A stretch of DNA of 64,000 nucleotides from a virus, in IMG/VR virus record IMGVR_UViG_3300030101_002520, positions 51,140-115,139 of that record; one strand, 5' to 3'. Shown here piece by piece: positions 54,914 to 64,000 of the stretch (position 1 is its first letter; every line of letters begins with the position of its first letter). The notes under the pieces were generated by a model that was not told where the DNA came from, made no database searches, and saw nothing but the letters and a program-made list of their open reading frames with translations. The translations under genes and the position numbers were made by a program.

Positions 54914-57837
54914 AATGGATAGGAAAACACCCAGTATTTAGTGATCTAATGATAGGAAGTGTTCTTCTTACACCTCCTGATAATCAATATGAATATGAGT
55001 TAACATTACCTGATAATGATGGTACTGCAGGTCAAGTACTAACCACGGATGGAAATGGTTTACTTACTTGGACTACGGTTAGTTCTGGTAGTGGAACTGT
55101 CACCTCTATTACTCCAGCTGCAGATGTAGGATCAGGAACAGCAATTACAACTTCAGGTACTCTTACATTTACGGGAGGTACAAATGTTACAACAGTAGTA
55201 TCAGGAACAACAGTAACATTTGATGCAGCTGGTACCGGTGTGTCTATGACTAATGGTGTTGATAACCGGGTTATGACTGCTACAAATGCATCATCTATAA
55301 CTGGAGATTCTGCATTAACTTTTGATAATACGAATGAGCTTTTAACTATAGGTGATATGCAACTTAGAGGTGAAAGTAATACTTATAATGGATCACTTGT
55401 TGCAAGTTATATACAACTTCCATCTGATACTTCATTTGGTGCTGGTGTAGGATCTGTTATTAAAGTTGAAGATACAAGTAGTTCTACAGGAGCTAATTTA
55501 CAACTTGAGGGAGGAGATGCTGATGGCACAGATAAAGCTGGGGGTAATATGATTTTTAAACTAGGAGCAAAAACTGGTACTGGTGCTACTGGTATATTTG
55601 ATTTTATAGGGGGCAGTGGAAGTCAAATTGCTAAAATATATGATACTGGTATTAGACTACCTATTGCAGATCAAGCAATAGTATTTGAAGGTGGTTCACA
55701 TGATACTACATTTAAAGCACAAACAACTGCAGGAGCTGCAAGAACAATAACATTACCTGATGCTACTGGAACTGTTGCTTTAACAAGTGATATACCTGCA
55801 TTATCAGTTCCAGTTACTATAGGTCAAGGAGGAACAGGGCAAACAACGGCTCAAGCGGCTATGAATGCTTTAGCGGGTAGTGTTTTGAGTGGTAAATACT
55901 TAAGAGGAGATGGTGCTGATGTTACTTTAACAAACATACAAGCTGGTGATGTACCAACATTAAATCAAGACACAACTGGTAATGCTAACACTGCAACTGC
56001 GTTAGAAACAGCAAGGAATATTGCAGGTGTGTCCTTTGATGGAACTGCTGATATTTCATTAAATAATAATGCTATTACTAATGGCGCAGGTTATACAACT
56101 AATACGGGTACTGTAACTTCTGTTAGTGGTACTGGAACAGAAAATGGATTAACATTAACAGGTACTGTAACTTCATCAGGCAATCTAACTCTTGGTGGAA
56201 CTCTTGCAATTAGTAATGATGATTGGTCAGGAACTGATCTAGCTATTGCTAATGGTGGAACAGGATCAAGTACAGCACAAGCAGCAATAGATGCTTTGTC
56301 ACAAGTAAGTGGAGCAACAGCAGGTCATGTGTTAACTAAAGATGGTAGTGGTAATGCTACATTTCAAGCACCAGTGGATACAAAGATAACATTAACTGGC
56401 ACAACAGTTGGTGGTTTAGCTACATATGCTAGTGCTGATAATCTTAATATTAATGCTTTTGGAACATTTAATTTTAGTCCTATAACATCTACTTTAAAGT
56501 TAATGTCACCACAAGATACAGGTGATCTTCTTCAAATAGATGTAACAACACATGGAGCTACTACTTTTACAACAACAGATGATAATGCTACAGCAGCAGA
56601 TTTAATTTTTACTCCTGATGGAGATGTTCGTTTTAATATATTAGATGCTGATGTTGATTCTTTGTTTAAAATAGCAACTGTTGGTGGAACCAATCATTTT
56701 TTAGAAATTTCTGGAGAATCTGGTAATTATTCTAAATTTAAAATGTATGAAGCTGGTGGAGATAGTACAGATGATTACTTTGAAATTGATGTTCAAGAAC
56801 ATGGAGCAACTACAATTAAAGCTGAAGATGCTTCTGGTGGCCAAGCATCATCTTTACATTTAGATACTGATGGGTTAATAATTCTTGATGCTGATAGATC
56901 AGGTATAATAAAAATACAAGATTCAAGTGCACATTATGCAGGATTTTCTACTGCAGGTACTTTATCTAATTTTACTTTATATGAAGCAGCTGGTGCTAGT
57001 TTAAATGATTTTTTTGAAATATCTACTGCTGCAGCAGGTGCTACAACAATAAGTACAGTTGATGCTGCAGGAACTGCAGCTAATTTAACTTTAGATATTG
57101 ATGGAACTATAATAATAGATTCAACTGATGGTGTAATAAATTTTGAGGATGATGGAGCTTCTATGGCACAAATTCAAAATAATCTAGGTACTAATTTAAC
57201 TGTACATGGAACTAATCTTGGACCTGCTAAATTAAGATTAAGAGAAGTTACAACCAATGGTACAAATGATATTGAAATAAGACCTCCTAATTCAATAGCT
57301 AGTGATAAAGTTCAGTCATTGCAAGATAAAGATGGAACTATAGCTTTAACTGATACAGCAAGATCATTTATTGATTTAAGAAAAGATGATTTATATATTC
57401 AGTTTATGTCTTCACAAAATAGGTGGTATGGAACAGGTAGGGCAGGTACAAGTATAGGTACAGGTAGTACATTAGATGGTGTTGCTATTAATAATAGAAC
57501 TGCTATAAGCAACGGAGCGTTTACGGCTACAAGAAACTGTACACTACATTCTGTTCAAATAACATTTTATCCAACTCAAACAAATGATTATGAATTTGAA
57601 ATACTTAAAGTACCTTTTGTTGATGATTCTACTTCTAGTATCACTTTGGCTAAAATGACACACACAGATCATAATGCTAGTTATACAGCAAATAGAAATT
57701 ATACTAAAACATTTACAATAACAGGTGGTAACACATTAACAGCTGGACAAGGTATTATTTTTGCTTTAAGAAGAACAGCAGCAGGTAGTACACCTTTTAT
57801 TAATGGTATGTTAGTAGGAGAAATAGAAATGACTTAA
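54910..57837 (+). CDS. Tail fibre / receptor-binding protein
   Basis: Gly/Thr/Ala-rich mosaic of fibre motifs: LPDNDGTAGQVLTTDGNG, TITLPDATGTVAL, GGTGxTTAQAA twice, ATALETARNIAGVSFDGTADI. Confidence 0.8.
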   Translation: MKWIGKHPVFSDLMIGSVLLTPPDNQYEYELTLPDNDGTAGQVLTTDGNGLLTWTTVSSGSGTVTSITPAADVGSGTAITTSGTLTFTGGTNVTTVVSGTTVTFDAAGTGVSMTNGVDNRVMTATNASSITGDSALTFDNTNELLTIGDMQLRGESNTYNGSLVASYIQLPSDTSFGAGVGSVIKVEDTSSSTGANLQLEGGDADGTDKAGGNMIFKLGAKTGTGATGIFDFIGGSGSQIAKIYDTGIRLPIADQAIVFEGGSHDTTFKAQTTAGAARTITLPDATGTVALTSDIPALSVPVTIGQGGTGQTTAQAAMNALAGSVLSGKYLRGDGADVTLTNIQAGDVPTLNQDTTGNANTATALETARNIAGVSFDGTADISLNNNAITNGAGYTTNTGTVTSVSGTGTENGLTLTGTVTSSGNLTLGGTLAISNDDWSGTDLAIANGGTGSSTAQAAIDALSQVSGATAGHVLTKDGSGNATFQAPVDTKITLTGTTVGGLATYASADNLNINAFGTFNFSPITSTLKLMSPQDTGDLLQIDVTTHGATTFTTTDDNATAADLIFTPDGDVRFNILDADVDSLFKIATVGGTNHFLEISGESGNYSKFKMYEAGGDSTDDYFEIDVQEHGATTIKAEDASGGQASSLHLDTDGLIILDADRSGIIKIQDSSAHYAGFSTAGTLSNFTLYEAAGASLNDFFEISTAAAGATTISTVDAAGTAANLTLDIDGTIIIDSTDGVINFEDDGASMAQIQNNLGTNLTVHGTNLGPAKLRLREVTTNGTNDIEIRPPNSIASDKVQSLQDKDGTIALTDTARSFIDLRKDDLYIQFMSSQNRWYGTGRAGTSIGTGSTLDGVAINNRTAISNGAFTATRNCTLHSVQITFYPTQTNDYEFEILKVPFVDDSTSSITLAKMTHTDHNASYTANRNYTKTFTITGGNTLTAGQGIIFALRRTAAGSTPFINGMLVGEIEMT

Positions 57838-57848
57838 AACAATTAATT

Positions 57849-58427
57849 ATGGCACTAGCAGATAAAAAATTTACAGAATTATATGGATCAAGTAAAAAAA
57901 CAGCTATAGAGGCTGTTCATGCAGAAGGTTTACTATCACATATGGCAGATAATCCAGAAGATGATCCTTTTTTATCATCTGTTTTAAAAGAAATAAAAGA
58001 CTTACAAGAAGAGATAGATGCTCTTAGAACAGAGATCTCAACTAATAAAGATAAATCTGGAATAACAACTAGTCAAGCTAATGCTATTACAGCTAATACG
58101 GCTAAAGTTAGTTTTCCAGGATTTGGCTCTAAAAATAGTCAAGCGTTAGCAGGTAATACAACAACTATATCTACAGCACAAGCTAACGCTATAACTGCTA
58201 ATACAGCTAAAACTACATTTCCAGGTTTAGGCACTACTAGCACTACAGCATTAGCAGGAAATACTAATTTAGTTGGTATAGGTGCTAAGACAACATTATC
58301 ATTTGGAGATATGGTTGCTACAACAGTAAAAGGTAAAACAACATATAGTATAGTATTATCTGTGACTACAGATTTTGGAGGTAAAACAGGAAAGTTAACT
58401 AAATCAACAACATTAACACTAATATAA
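57849..58427 (+). CDS. Fibre-associated protein with coiled coil and 35-aa tandem repeat
   Basis: QANAITANTAK..FPG.G....ALAGNT twice, 105 nt apart (58074 and 58179). Confidence 0.6.
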   Translation: MALADKKFTELYGSSKKTAIEAVHAEGLLSHMADNPEDDPFLSSVLKEIKDLQEEIDALRTEISTNKDKSGITTSQANAITANTAKVSFPGFGSKNSQALAGNTTTISTAQANAITANTAKTTFPGLGTTSTTALAGNTNLVGIGAKTTLSFGDMVATTVKGKTTYSIVLSVTTDFGGKTGKLTKSTTLTLI

Positions 58428-58428
58428 C

Positions 58429-58773
58429 ATGATATATAATATAAAACAGAATCACACTGGCACTACAGATAATACACTACTTGGTCATGCTAAACAAGCA
58501 AATGGATTTACTTATAAGGTACATTCTTGTAAGATAGCTAATACAGATACAACTAGTGTATATGTTGCTGTAAAATTACATGACGGTACAAATACTATAG
58601 ATATTTTAAAAACATTTTATATAAGAAAAGGTTATACACTAGAATTATTTAATGAACCATTTGAATATCCGGATAAGTATGATTTAATGATTTCATTAGA
58701 TAATGCAGCATATCAAGTAAGTTGGGTTTGTAAAACCGAAGTATTAGAAGATATTGCTAAAATAGAATCATAA
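58429..58773 (+). CDS. Small structural beta protein
   Basis: VHSCKIANTD...V.V.L pattern; follows the fibre genes. Confidence 0.5.
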   Translation: MIYNIKQNHTGTTDNTLLGHAKQANGFTYKVHSCKIANTDTTSVYVAVKLHDGTNTIDILKTFYIRKGYTLELFNEPFEYPDKYDLMISLDNAAYQVSWVCKTEVLEDIAKIES

Positions 58774-58813
58774 AAAAATACTTTAAACTTCTTTTATTTA
58801 AATTTTTTTTATT

Positions 58814-58821
58814 TATATTTG
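58814..58821 (+). promoter_or_regulatory. Bacteroidota -7 element TATATTTG
   Basis: Intergenic, 29 nt before ATG 58851. Confidence 0.55.
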
Positions 58822-58850
58822 CCTAATTATTAATTTTAAAATATATTAAA

Positions 58851-59147
58851 ATGGCAAAAAATGAAAATATAGTTGAGCAAGATGAAAAAGATCTTGTTGA
58901 AAAAAGAGAGGAAATAACAAAATATTATGAAGAAAATATTCCTCATTTAAAAACTCAGCTTGAATATGAATCTATATTAAGAGATATTGAAAAAACTAGA
59001 GCTGAAAGATTACAAGCACAAATGTTTATGGCTAAGAGTCAAGCTGCTCCACCTGTACCACAAGCACCTCAAACTGGACAGACTCCAGAAAAAGCTGCTT
59101 CAACACCAGCTAAAAGAACCTTAAAAAAAGCAGAAACTAATGACTAA
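58851..59147 (+). CDS. Hypothetical coiled-coil protein
   Basis: ORF track. Confidence 0.65.
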   Translation: MAKNENIVEQDEKDLVEKREEITKYYEENIPHLKTQLEYESILRDIEKTRAERLQAQMFMAKSQAAPPVPQAPQTGQTPEKAASTPAKRTLKKAETND

Positions 59148-59808
59148 ACCAATTAATATAACAAGGGAACAAATAGAGCAGACTATAAAGCAAATGACTG
59201 ATTACTTATGGTTTGAGAAAGGAAACTATAATCTTAATATTGTAGGTATCAGAAATTCTAGTACTGGCGCTAATGTTACTAATAGGTTTGATGATAAAAT
59301 TACATTATCATATAAAACTGGTGAGGTTAAAGATGACAATGGAAATATAATTACTCCTGGAGTATGGAAATTTCATTGTTATGACTGTACTACAGATCCT
59401 GGAACTCATTGGGTAGAAAACATAATGAGAAAAGCTGGAGTTGCAATTCTTAAACCTGGTCAATATAGAGGTAGTCACATTATAAGAAAACATCAAGGTA
59501 GATATGATGCATTAGGTCAAGATAGACCTGTAAAGGTTTATAGAGATAACAATAGAGATGGTCAATATAATCTTTATGAAGAATCTGTGCAAGAAGGTTT
59601 ATTTGGTATTAATATACATAGAGCTACTAAGTATGCAGGTAAAAAATCTACACAAGTAGATAAGTGGTCTGCTGGTTGTCAAGTAATAGCAGCCAATGAT
59701 GATTGGAAAGAGTTTATGAGTATTTGCAGAAAGTCAAAAAAAATATGGGGTAATAGATTTACCTATACTTTATTAGAGAGTGATAAAATATTAACTACAT
59801 GGCTTTAG
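59140..59808 (+). CDS. Putative endolysin, YkuD/L,D-transpeptidase-like cysteine enzyme
   Basis: NIVGIR, TTDPG, GINIHRA...WSAGCQV (H...SxGC). Confidence 0.6.
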   Translation: MTKPINITREQIEQTIKQMTDYLWFEKGNYNLNIVGIRNSSTGANVTNRFDDKITLSYKTGEVKDDNGNIITPGVWKFHCYDCTTDPGTHWVENIMRKAGVAILKPGQYRGSHIIRKHQGRYDALGQDRPVKVYRDNNRDGQYNLYEESVQEGLFGINIHRATKYAGKKSTQVDKWSAGCQVIAANDDWKEFMSICRKSKKIWGNRFTYTLLESDKILTTWL

Positions 59809-60170
59809 TAAATAAAGTAGACAAGAAAGTTAAAATGAGTAAGGATGAGGTTATTAAATATCAAATCCTTACTTATTGCTTTTTAAATGATATACAAATT
59901 AGCAATTCTGATTTAATATGTTTATCAATTTTAGCAAAGAATAGTAATGTAGAACTTACTAAATTTTGTGAACTTATATCTACAAATGGTATTTTTAAAA
60001 GTGCTCAATCTTGTAGAAATGCATTGACAAAAGCAGAGAAAAAAAATTTAATAGTTAAAAATGGATCTAATAAAAAAACTATATGTATAAATCCTATTAT
60101 GAATATACAAACAAATGGTATAATATTATTAGATTATAAAATTTTAGGGTTTGAAGCCAAAGAGTCATAA
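59799..60170 (+). CDS. Winged-helix-like DNA-binding protein
   Basis: SAQSCRNALTKAEKKNLI...ICINP. Confidence 0.55.
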   Translation: MALVNKVDKKVKMSKDEVIKYQILTYCFLNDIQISNSDLICLSILAKNSNVELTKFCELISTNGIFKSAQSCRNALTKAEKKNLIVKNGSNKKTICINPIMNIQTNGIILLDYKILGFEAKES

Positions 60171-60510
60171 AAGTTTTTTTAATGATGTTGCAAAAGAAGT
60201 GGGTGTACATAAAGATGTAGTTGAAGATTTAATTGCTTTTTATTATGGTAAAATAAGAAAAAATTTATCTAACTTAACAGATACACATATTAATATTTCT
60301 AATCTTGGTACTTTTAAGTTAAGAAAAAAAAGATTAGAAAAAAATATAAAAAGAAATAAAGATATTATAGGTAATCTTGAAAAAATGACCTATAAAGGTT
60401 ATGATAAGTATATACCTGTTAAAAATAAATTGCAAAAAATGGAACAAGCTTTAAGCATGTTAAATAAAAAATTAGAAAATAAAAAAAAATTTAGAAATGA
60501 GAATAAATAA
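60151..60510 (+). CDS. HU/IHF-like DNA-binding protein
   Basis: VAKEVGV....VEDLI...INISNLGTFKL. Confidence 0.65.
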   Translation: MKPKSHKSFFNDVAKEVGVHKDVVEDLIAFYYGKIRKNLSNLTDTHINISNLGTFKLRKKRLEKNIKRNKDIIGNLEKMTYKGYDKYIPVKNKLQKMEQALSMLNKKLENKKKFRNENK

Positions 60511-60823
60511 AATTATTGGAGCTTTTGGAAATTTAGATCAAATCTTAGAAGGTGTAAAAAATAAAATATTTAAAAAGGAAGATGTTGAACAGATAGCTGA
60601 TTTAAGATGGATGAAATGTGTTACTTGTAAAGCTTTAGATGAAACAGGTAAAGATTGTGCAGTAAGAGGAACTCAACCATGTTGTAGTGATTGTGGTTGC
60701 AGTTTAGGTTTAAAATTAAGAGCATTATCATCTAGTTGTCCTCAAGGTAAATGGCATGCAGTTACAACAAGTGATGGAGAAAAAGCTATTAAAAAACAAA
60801 TTAAAGATGGCAGTAATATTTAA
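60497..60823 (+). CDS. Small Cys-rich zinc-binding protein
   Basis: R...CVTC...CCSDCGC.L.LK.R.LSSSCPQGKW. Confidence 0.65.
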   Translation: MRINKIIGAFGNLDQILEGVKNKIFKKEDVEQIADLRWMKCVTCKALDETGKDCAVRGTQPCCSDCGCSLGLKLRALSSSCPQGKWHAVTTSDGEKAIKKQIKDGSNI

Positions 60824-61637
60824 ACAAGATGGTCACATATATGAAAGTCTAACTGATGATCTTGAAAAAGATAAGATAAAATGGACTAGTGTTACATCAT
60901 TTGTAGGAATGTTTAAACCTAAATTTAATGCTGAATCTCAAGCTAAAAAATCATCTAAAAATAAAAGATCTAAGTGGTATAAAATACCACCAAAAAAAAT
61001 ATTAGAAATTTGGAATAAAGAATCAGAAAGAGCTATTGAGTTAGGTAATTGGTATCATGATGAAAGAGAAAAAAGATTATTAGAATTTTCAACAATAGAA
61101 AGAGATGGCGTTGAAGTACCAATAATAAAACCTATAACTGATAATAATGGTATTAAAATAGCACCAAAACAAAAATTACTTGATGGTGTTTATCCAGAAC
61201 ATTTTGTGTATTTAAAATCTGCAGGTTTATGTGGTCAAGCAGATCTTGTAAGTATAGTAAATGGAAAAATTAATATACTTGATTATAAAACAAATAAAGA
61301 AATTAAGAAAAAAGGATTTACTAATTGGGAAGGTATAACATCTAAAATGTATAATCCTGTTAGCCATTTGGATGATTGTAATTTAAAACATTATAATTTA
61401 CAATTAAGTTTATATGCTTATATAATTAAAAAACATAATCCTAAACTTAAAATAGGTGAGTTAAAAATACAGCATGTTATATTTGAAGAAGAAGGTAAAG
61501 ATAAATATGGTTATCCTATAAGTAAATATGTAAACGGAGAACCTGTTGTAAAAGAAGTTATTATATATAAATTACCATACTTAAAAGATGAAATACAAAG
61601 TCTTATAATGTGGCTAAAAGATAATCCTCTATGCTAA
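60807..61637 (+). CDS. PD-(D/E)xK nuclease
   Basis: H.Y...SVT, GNWYH, LCGQADLV...ILDYKTN, YNLQLSLY; start placed at MAVIF. Confidence 0.82.
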   Translation: MAVIFKQDGHIYESLTDDLEKDKIKWTSVTSFVGMFKPKFNAESQAKKSSKNKRSKWYKIPPKKILEIWNKESERAIELGNWYHDEREKRLLEFSTIERDGVEVPIIKPITDNNGIKIAPKQKLLDGVYPEHFVYLKSAGLCGQADLVSIVNGKINILDYKTNKEIKKKGFTNWEGITSKMYNPVSHLDDCNLKHYNLQLSLYAYIIKKHNPKLKIGELKIQHVIFEEEGKDKYGYPISKYVNGEPVVKEVIIYKLPYLKDEIQSLIMWLKDNPLC

Positions 61638-62149
61638 TAAAATTATTTGATATACAGAATAATAAAGTTGTACCTACAGAACATTGTTATACACTAAAGT
61701 CTTTAAAAACTATTATGGATCAATATCCTAATACATATCTTTCCATATATCAGTATATATTTTATATGACGTGTCCTGATCCTGATATGAATCCTTTTTT
61801 CAATATGCCTGAACATGAGAAAGAAGATATGATTATAGAAGAAATAGGATTAGAAGACTCTCCAGAAGATGGTGCTATAAGACATGGTTTAGATACATGC
61901 AAAGAATTATATCAAACACCTACATATAGAGCATATAAAGGAATTAAAACAATGTTAGATAGATTAGCTAGATATATGGAAACTACATCTATTGAGCATG
62001 GAAGAGATGGTAATCTTACATCTCTTGTTAATACTGCTGCTAAATTTGATCAAATAAGACAATCATTTAAAGGAGCGTATAATGATATGAAAGATGAACA
62101 AAAAAGCTCTGTCCGCGGTGGGCAAGGGTTAGCATATGATCAATTATAA
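61631..62149 (+). CDS. Conserved hypothetical protein upstream of terminase (small-subunit candidate)
   Basis: Helical; position two genes before terL. Inferred from context. Confidence 0.45.
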   Translation: MLIKLFDIQNNKVVPTEHCYTLKSLKTIMDQYPNTYLSIYQYIFYMTCPDPDMNPFFNMPEHEKEDMIIEEIGLEDSPEDGAIRHGLDTCKELYQTPTYRAYKGIKTMLDRLARYMETTSIEHGRDGNLTSLVNTAAKFDQIRQSFKGAYNDMKDEQKSSVRGGQGLAYDQL

Positions 62150-62159
62150 ATTTAAAACT

Positions 62160-62459
62160 ATGATAAAAGAAAACGTAAAAAGTTATAAAGTTATTCCTAT
62201 TGGTAAAAGAATTTTATTAAAACCAGTAGAAGTTGTTGCAGAGACTACAACAGGTATTTTATTACCAGAATCTCAGATTCAACAAAAACCACAGGGAACA
62301 GTAGTAGCTGTAGGTCCTGATGTAAAAGAAATAGAAGTTGGTGATTTTATTCAATGGGTTATTGGAATGTCAGTAGATGATAAAGAATTTATACATGAAG
62401 GAGAGCGCCACATACTGTTACATCAAGATGCAATAGTATGTAAACTACAAGATGTATAA
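62160..62459 (+). CDS. groES: GroES-like co-chaperonin
   Basis: PIGKRILLK...TTTGILLP...GTVVAVGP.V.E.EVGD. Confidence 0.88.
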   Translation: MIKENVKSYKVIPIGKRILLKPVEVVAETTTGILLPESQIQQKPQGTVVAVGPDVKEIEVGDFIQWVIGMSVDDKEFIHEGERHILLHQDAIVCKLQDV

Positions 62460-64000
62460 AAAAGTACCTACATATAAAAATAATAAATGGGGCTATAAAG
62501 AGTTTGAAACTAGAGAAAGTTTTATACAATTTATATACACTTTATTTAAAGAACCAGGGCAGTATGATTTTGATGATACTGCCTATCTTTTTAATAAACA
62601 AGCTCAGATATTTAATGATCAAGGATTTTATTGTGATAAGCCTTTTAGATCTAAAGATTATATTGCTTATTGGAATGATCAAAAGGAAAAGTGTCAAGAA
62701 GGTGTTATATACTATGGATCAAAAAATGTATTCTATATAACCAGAGATTACTATATGTGGTTAAACTTCTTACCTATATTTGATAAAGAAGAAAAAAAAT
62801 ATGGCTTTGCTAAAGTAAGAGATGCTCAATATCATATGGCACTATATGAGTTATTAGCTGAACTACATTATAAGCATGCAGCAATATTAAAGAAAAGACA
62901 GATAGCTTCTTCATATTTTCATATGGCAAAACTAATAAATCAATTTTGGTTTGAAGAAGGATCTATATGTAAGATGGGTGCATCACTTAAAGATTATATT
63001 AATGATAAAGGATCTTGGAAGTTTTTAGATGAATATAAAACTTTTCTTAATGAACATACAGCATGGTATAGACCATGTACTCCTGAAAAAGTATTACTAT
63101 GGGAGCAAAAAATAGAAGTAAGAATAAATAATAGAAAAACCAATAAAGGATTAATGTCTAAAATACAAGGTGCATCTTTTGAAAAAAACCCAACAACTGG
63201 TGTAGGTGGACCTTGTACTTACTTCTTTCATGAGGAGGCTGGTATTGCTCCTAAGATGGATCAGACATATGAATATATTAGACCTGCTATGACATCAGGT
63301 ATGATGACTACAGGTATGTTTATTGCTGCAGGATCAGTGGGTGATCTTGATCAGTGTGAACCATTAAAGAACATGGTATTATCACCAGAAGCAAATGATA
63401 TATTTGCTGTTGAAACTGATCTTATGGATGATAAAGGTATGATAGGTAAAGCAGGATTATTTATTCCTGAACAATGGTCTATGCCTCCTTTTATTGATAA
63501 GTATGGTAATTCTCTAATTAAAGAAGCAATAGAGGCTATTAAAAATGAAAGAAGTCAATGGCAAAAAGAATTAAACCCAGAACAATATCAACTTAGAATT
63601 TCACAGAAACCAATGAATATTGCAGAAGCATTTGCTTACAGAAAAGCAGCAATATTTCCTCAAGCTATAATATCTAAACAATTAAAAAGAATAGAAGATA
63701 AAGAATATGCATATGAATTTATAAACTTAGAAAGAGAGAATAATAAAATAAAGGCAACTAAAACTAGTAAACTTCCTATATTACAGTTCCCTGTTAAAAA
63801 GAAATTAGAAGATAAATCTGGATCTATAGTAATGTGGGAGAAACCTGTAAAAGATCCAAAGTTTGGAATGTATTATGCATCTATTGACCCTGTATCAGAG
63901 GGTAAGACAACTACATCAGATTCTTTATGTAGTATATTTGTTTATAAGAATGCTGTTGAAGTAACAAGAGAAACAAAGGATGGATTAGAAACATTTATAT
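62452..64000 (+). CDS. terL: Terminase large subunit, 3'-truncated
   Basis: Open frame from ATG 62452 to the window end (absent from the ORF track); Walker A LKKRQIASSY, Walker B FFHEEAG, nuclease ASIDPVSEGK. Confidence 0.9.
   Translation, partial: MYKKVPTYKNNKWGYKEFETRESFIQFIYTLFKEPGQYDFDDTAYLFNKQAQIFNDQGFYCDKPFRSKDYIAYWNDQKEKCQEGVIYYGSKNVFYITRDYYMWLNFLPIFDKEEKKYGFAKVRDAQYHMALYELLAELHYKHAAILKKRQIASSYFHMAKLINQFWFEEGSICKMGASLKDYINDKGSWKFLDEYKTFLNEHTAWYRPCTPEKVLLWEQKIEVRINNRKTNKGLMSKIQGASFEKNPTTGVGGPCTYFFHEEAGIAPKMDQTYEYIRPAMTSGMMTTGMFIAAGSVGDLDQCEPLKNMVLSPEANDIFAVETDLMDDKGMIGKAGLFIPEQWSMPPFIDKYGNSLIKEAIEAIKNERSQWQKELNPEQYQLRISQKPMNIAEAFAYRKAAIFPQAIISKQLKRIEDKEYAYEFINLERENNKIKATKTSKLPILQFPVKKKLEDKSGSIVMWEKPVKDPKFGMYYASIDPVSEGKTTTSDSLCSIFVYKNAVEVTRETKDGLETFI

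Noticed and set aside
62504-62740. 78-aa ORF in the track
   Set aside because: Out-of-frame shadow within terL (62452 to the window end).
1-64000. Stop-codon reassignment, as in some gut crAss-like phages
   Set aside because: Long genes are intact under the standard code, and both TAG and TGA end clear genes.

Overview
AT-rich 64 kb segment of a large lytic crAss-like (Crassvirales-related) dsDNA phage. The host is almost certainly Bacteroidota, probably an environmental flavobacterium: there are TAnnTTTG promoters, type IX secretion sorting domains and AT-rich leaders without a Shine-Dalgarno sequence. Layout: (1) 1-11.8 kb, two giant virion cargo genes: a double-barrel RNA polymerase with the DFDID motif, and a 1938-aa multidomain protein with a LysM domain inserted in a PD-(D/E)xK nuclease. 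(2) Class II ribonucleotide reductase on the minus strand. (3) 14.2-25.9 kb, a plus-strand late/accessory block with four paralogous small beta proteins, an exported-protein module (thioredoxin-like protein, Cys-repeat T9SS cargo, outer-membrane beta-barrel, second T9SS-like cargo), small basic GG-motif proteins and a holin. (4) 25.9-51.1 kb, a minus-strand replication/repair block: spore-photoproduct-lyase-like radical SAM, DUF932, PolB, UDG, exonuclease, MoxR AAA plus vWA-metallopeptidase, resolvase, primase, Sak4-like ATPase, DnaB, SF2 helicase and HNH. (5) A hairpin-rich non-coding divergence region. (6) 51.5-64 kb, a plus-strand block with a second cluster of small basic proteins, holin, tail fibre, lysin candidate, IHF-like protein, GroES and a 3'-truncated terminase large subunit. 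The most notable hypotheses are a phage-encoded T9SS/outer-membrane display module, a shared C-terminal GPNxxL tag on otherwise unrelated small basic proteins, and a possible spore-like UV-protection system (basic DNA-binding proteins plus SP lyase). All family calls come from motif recognition by eye; no searches were run.
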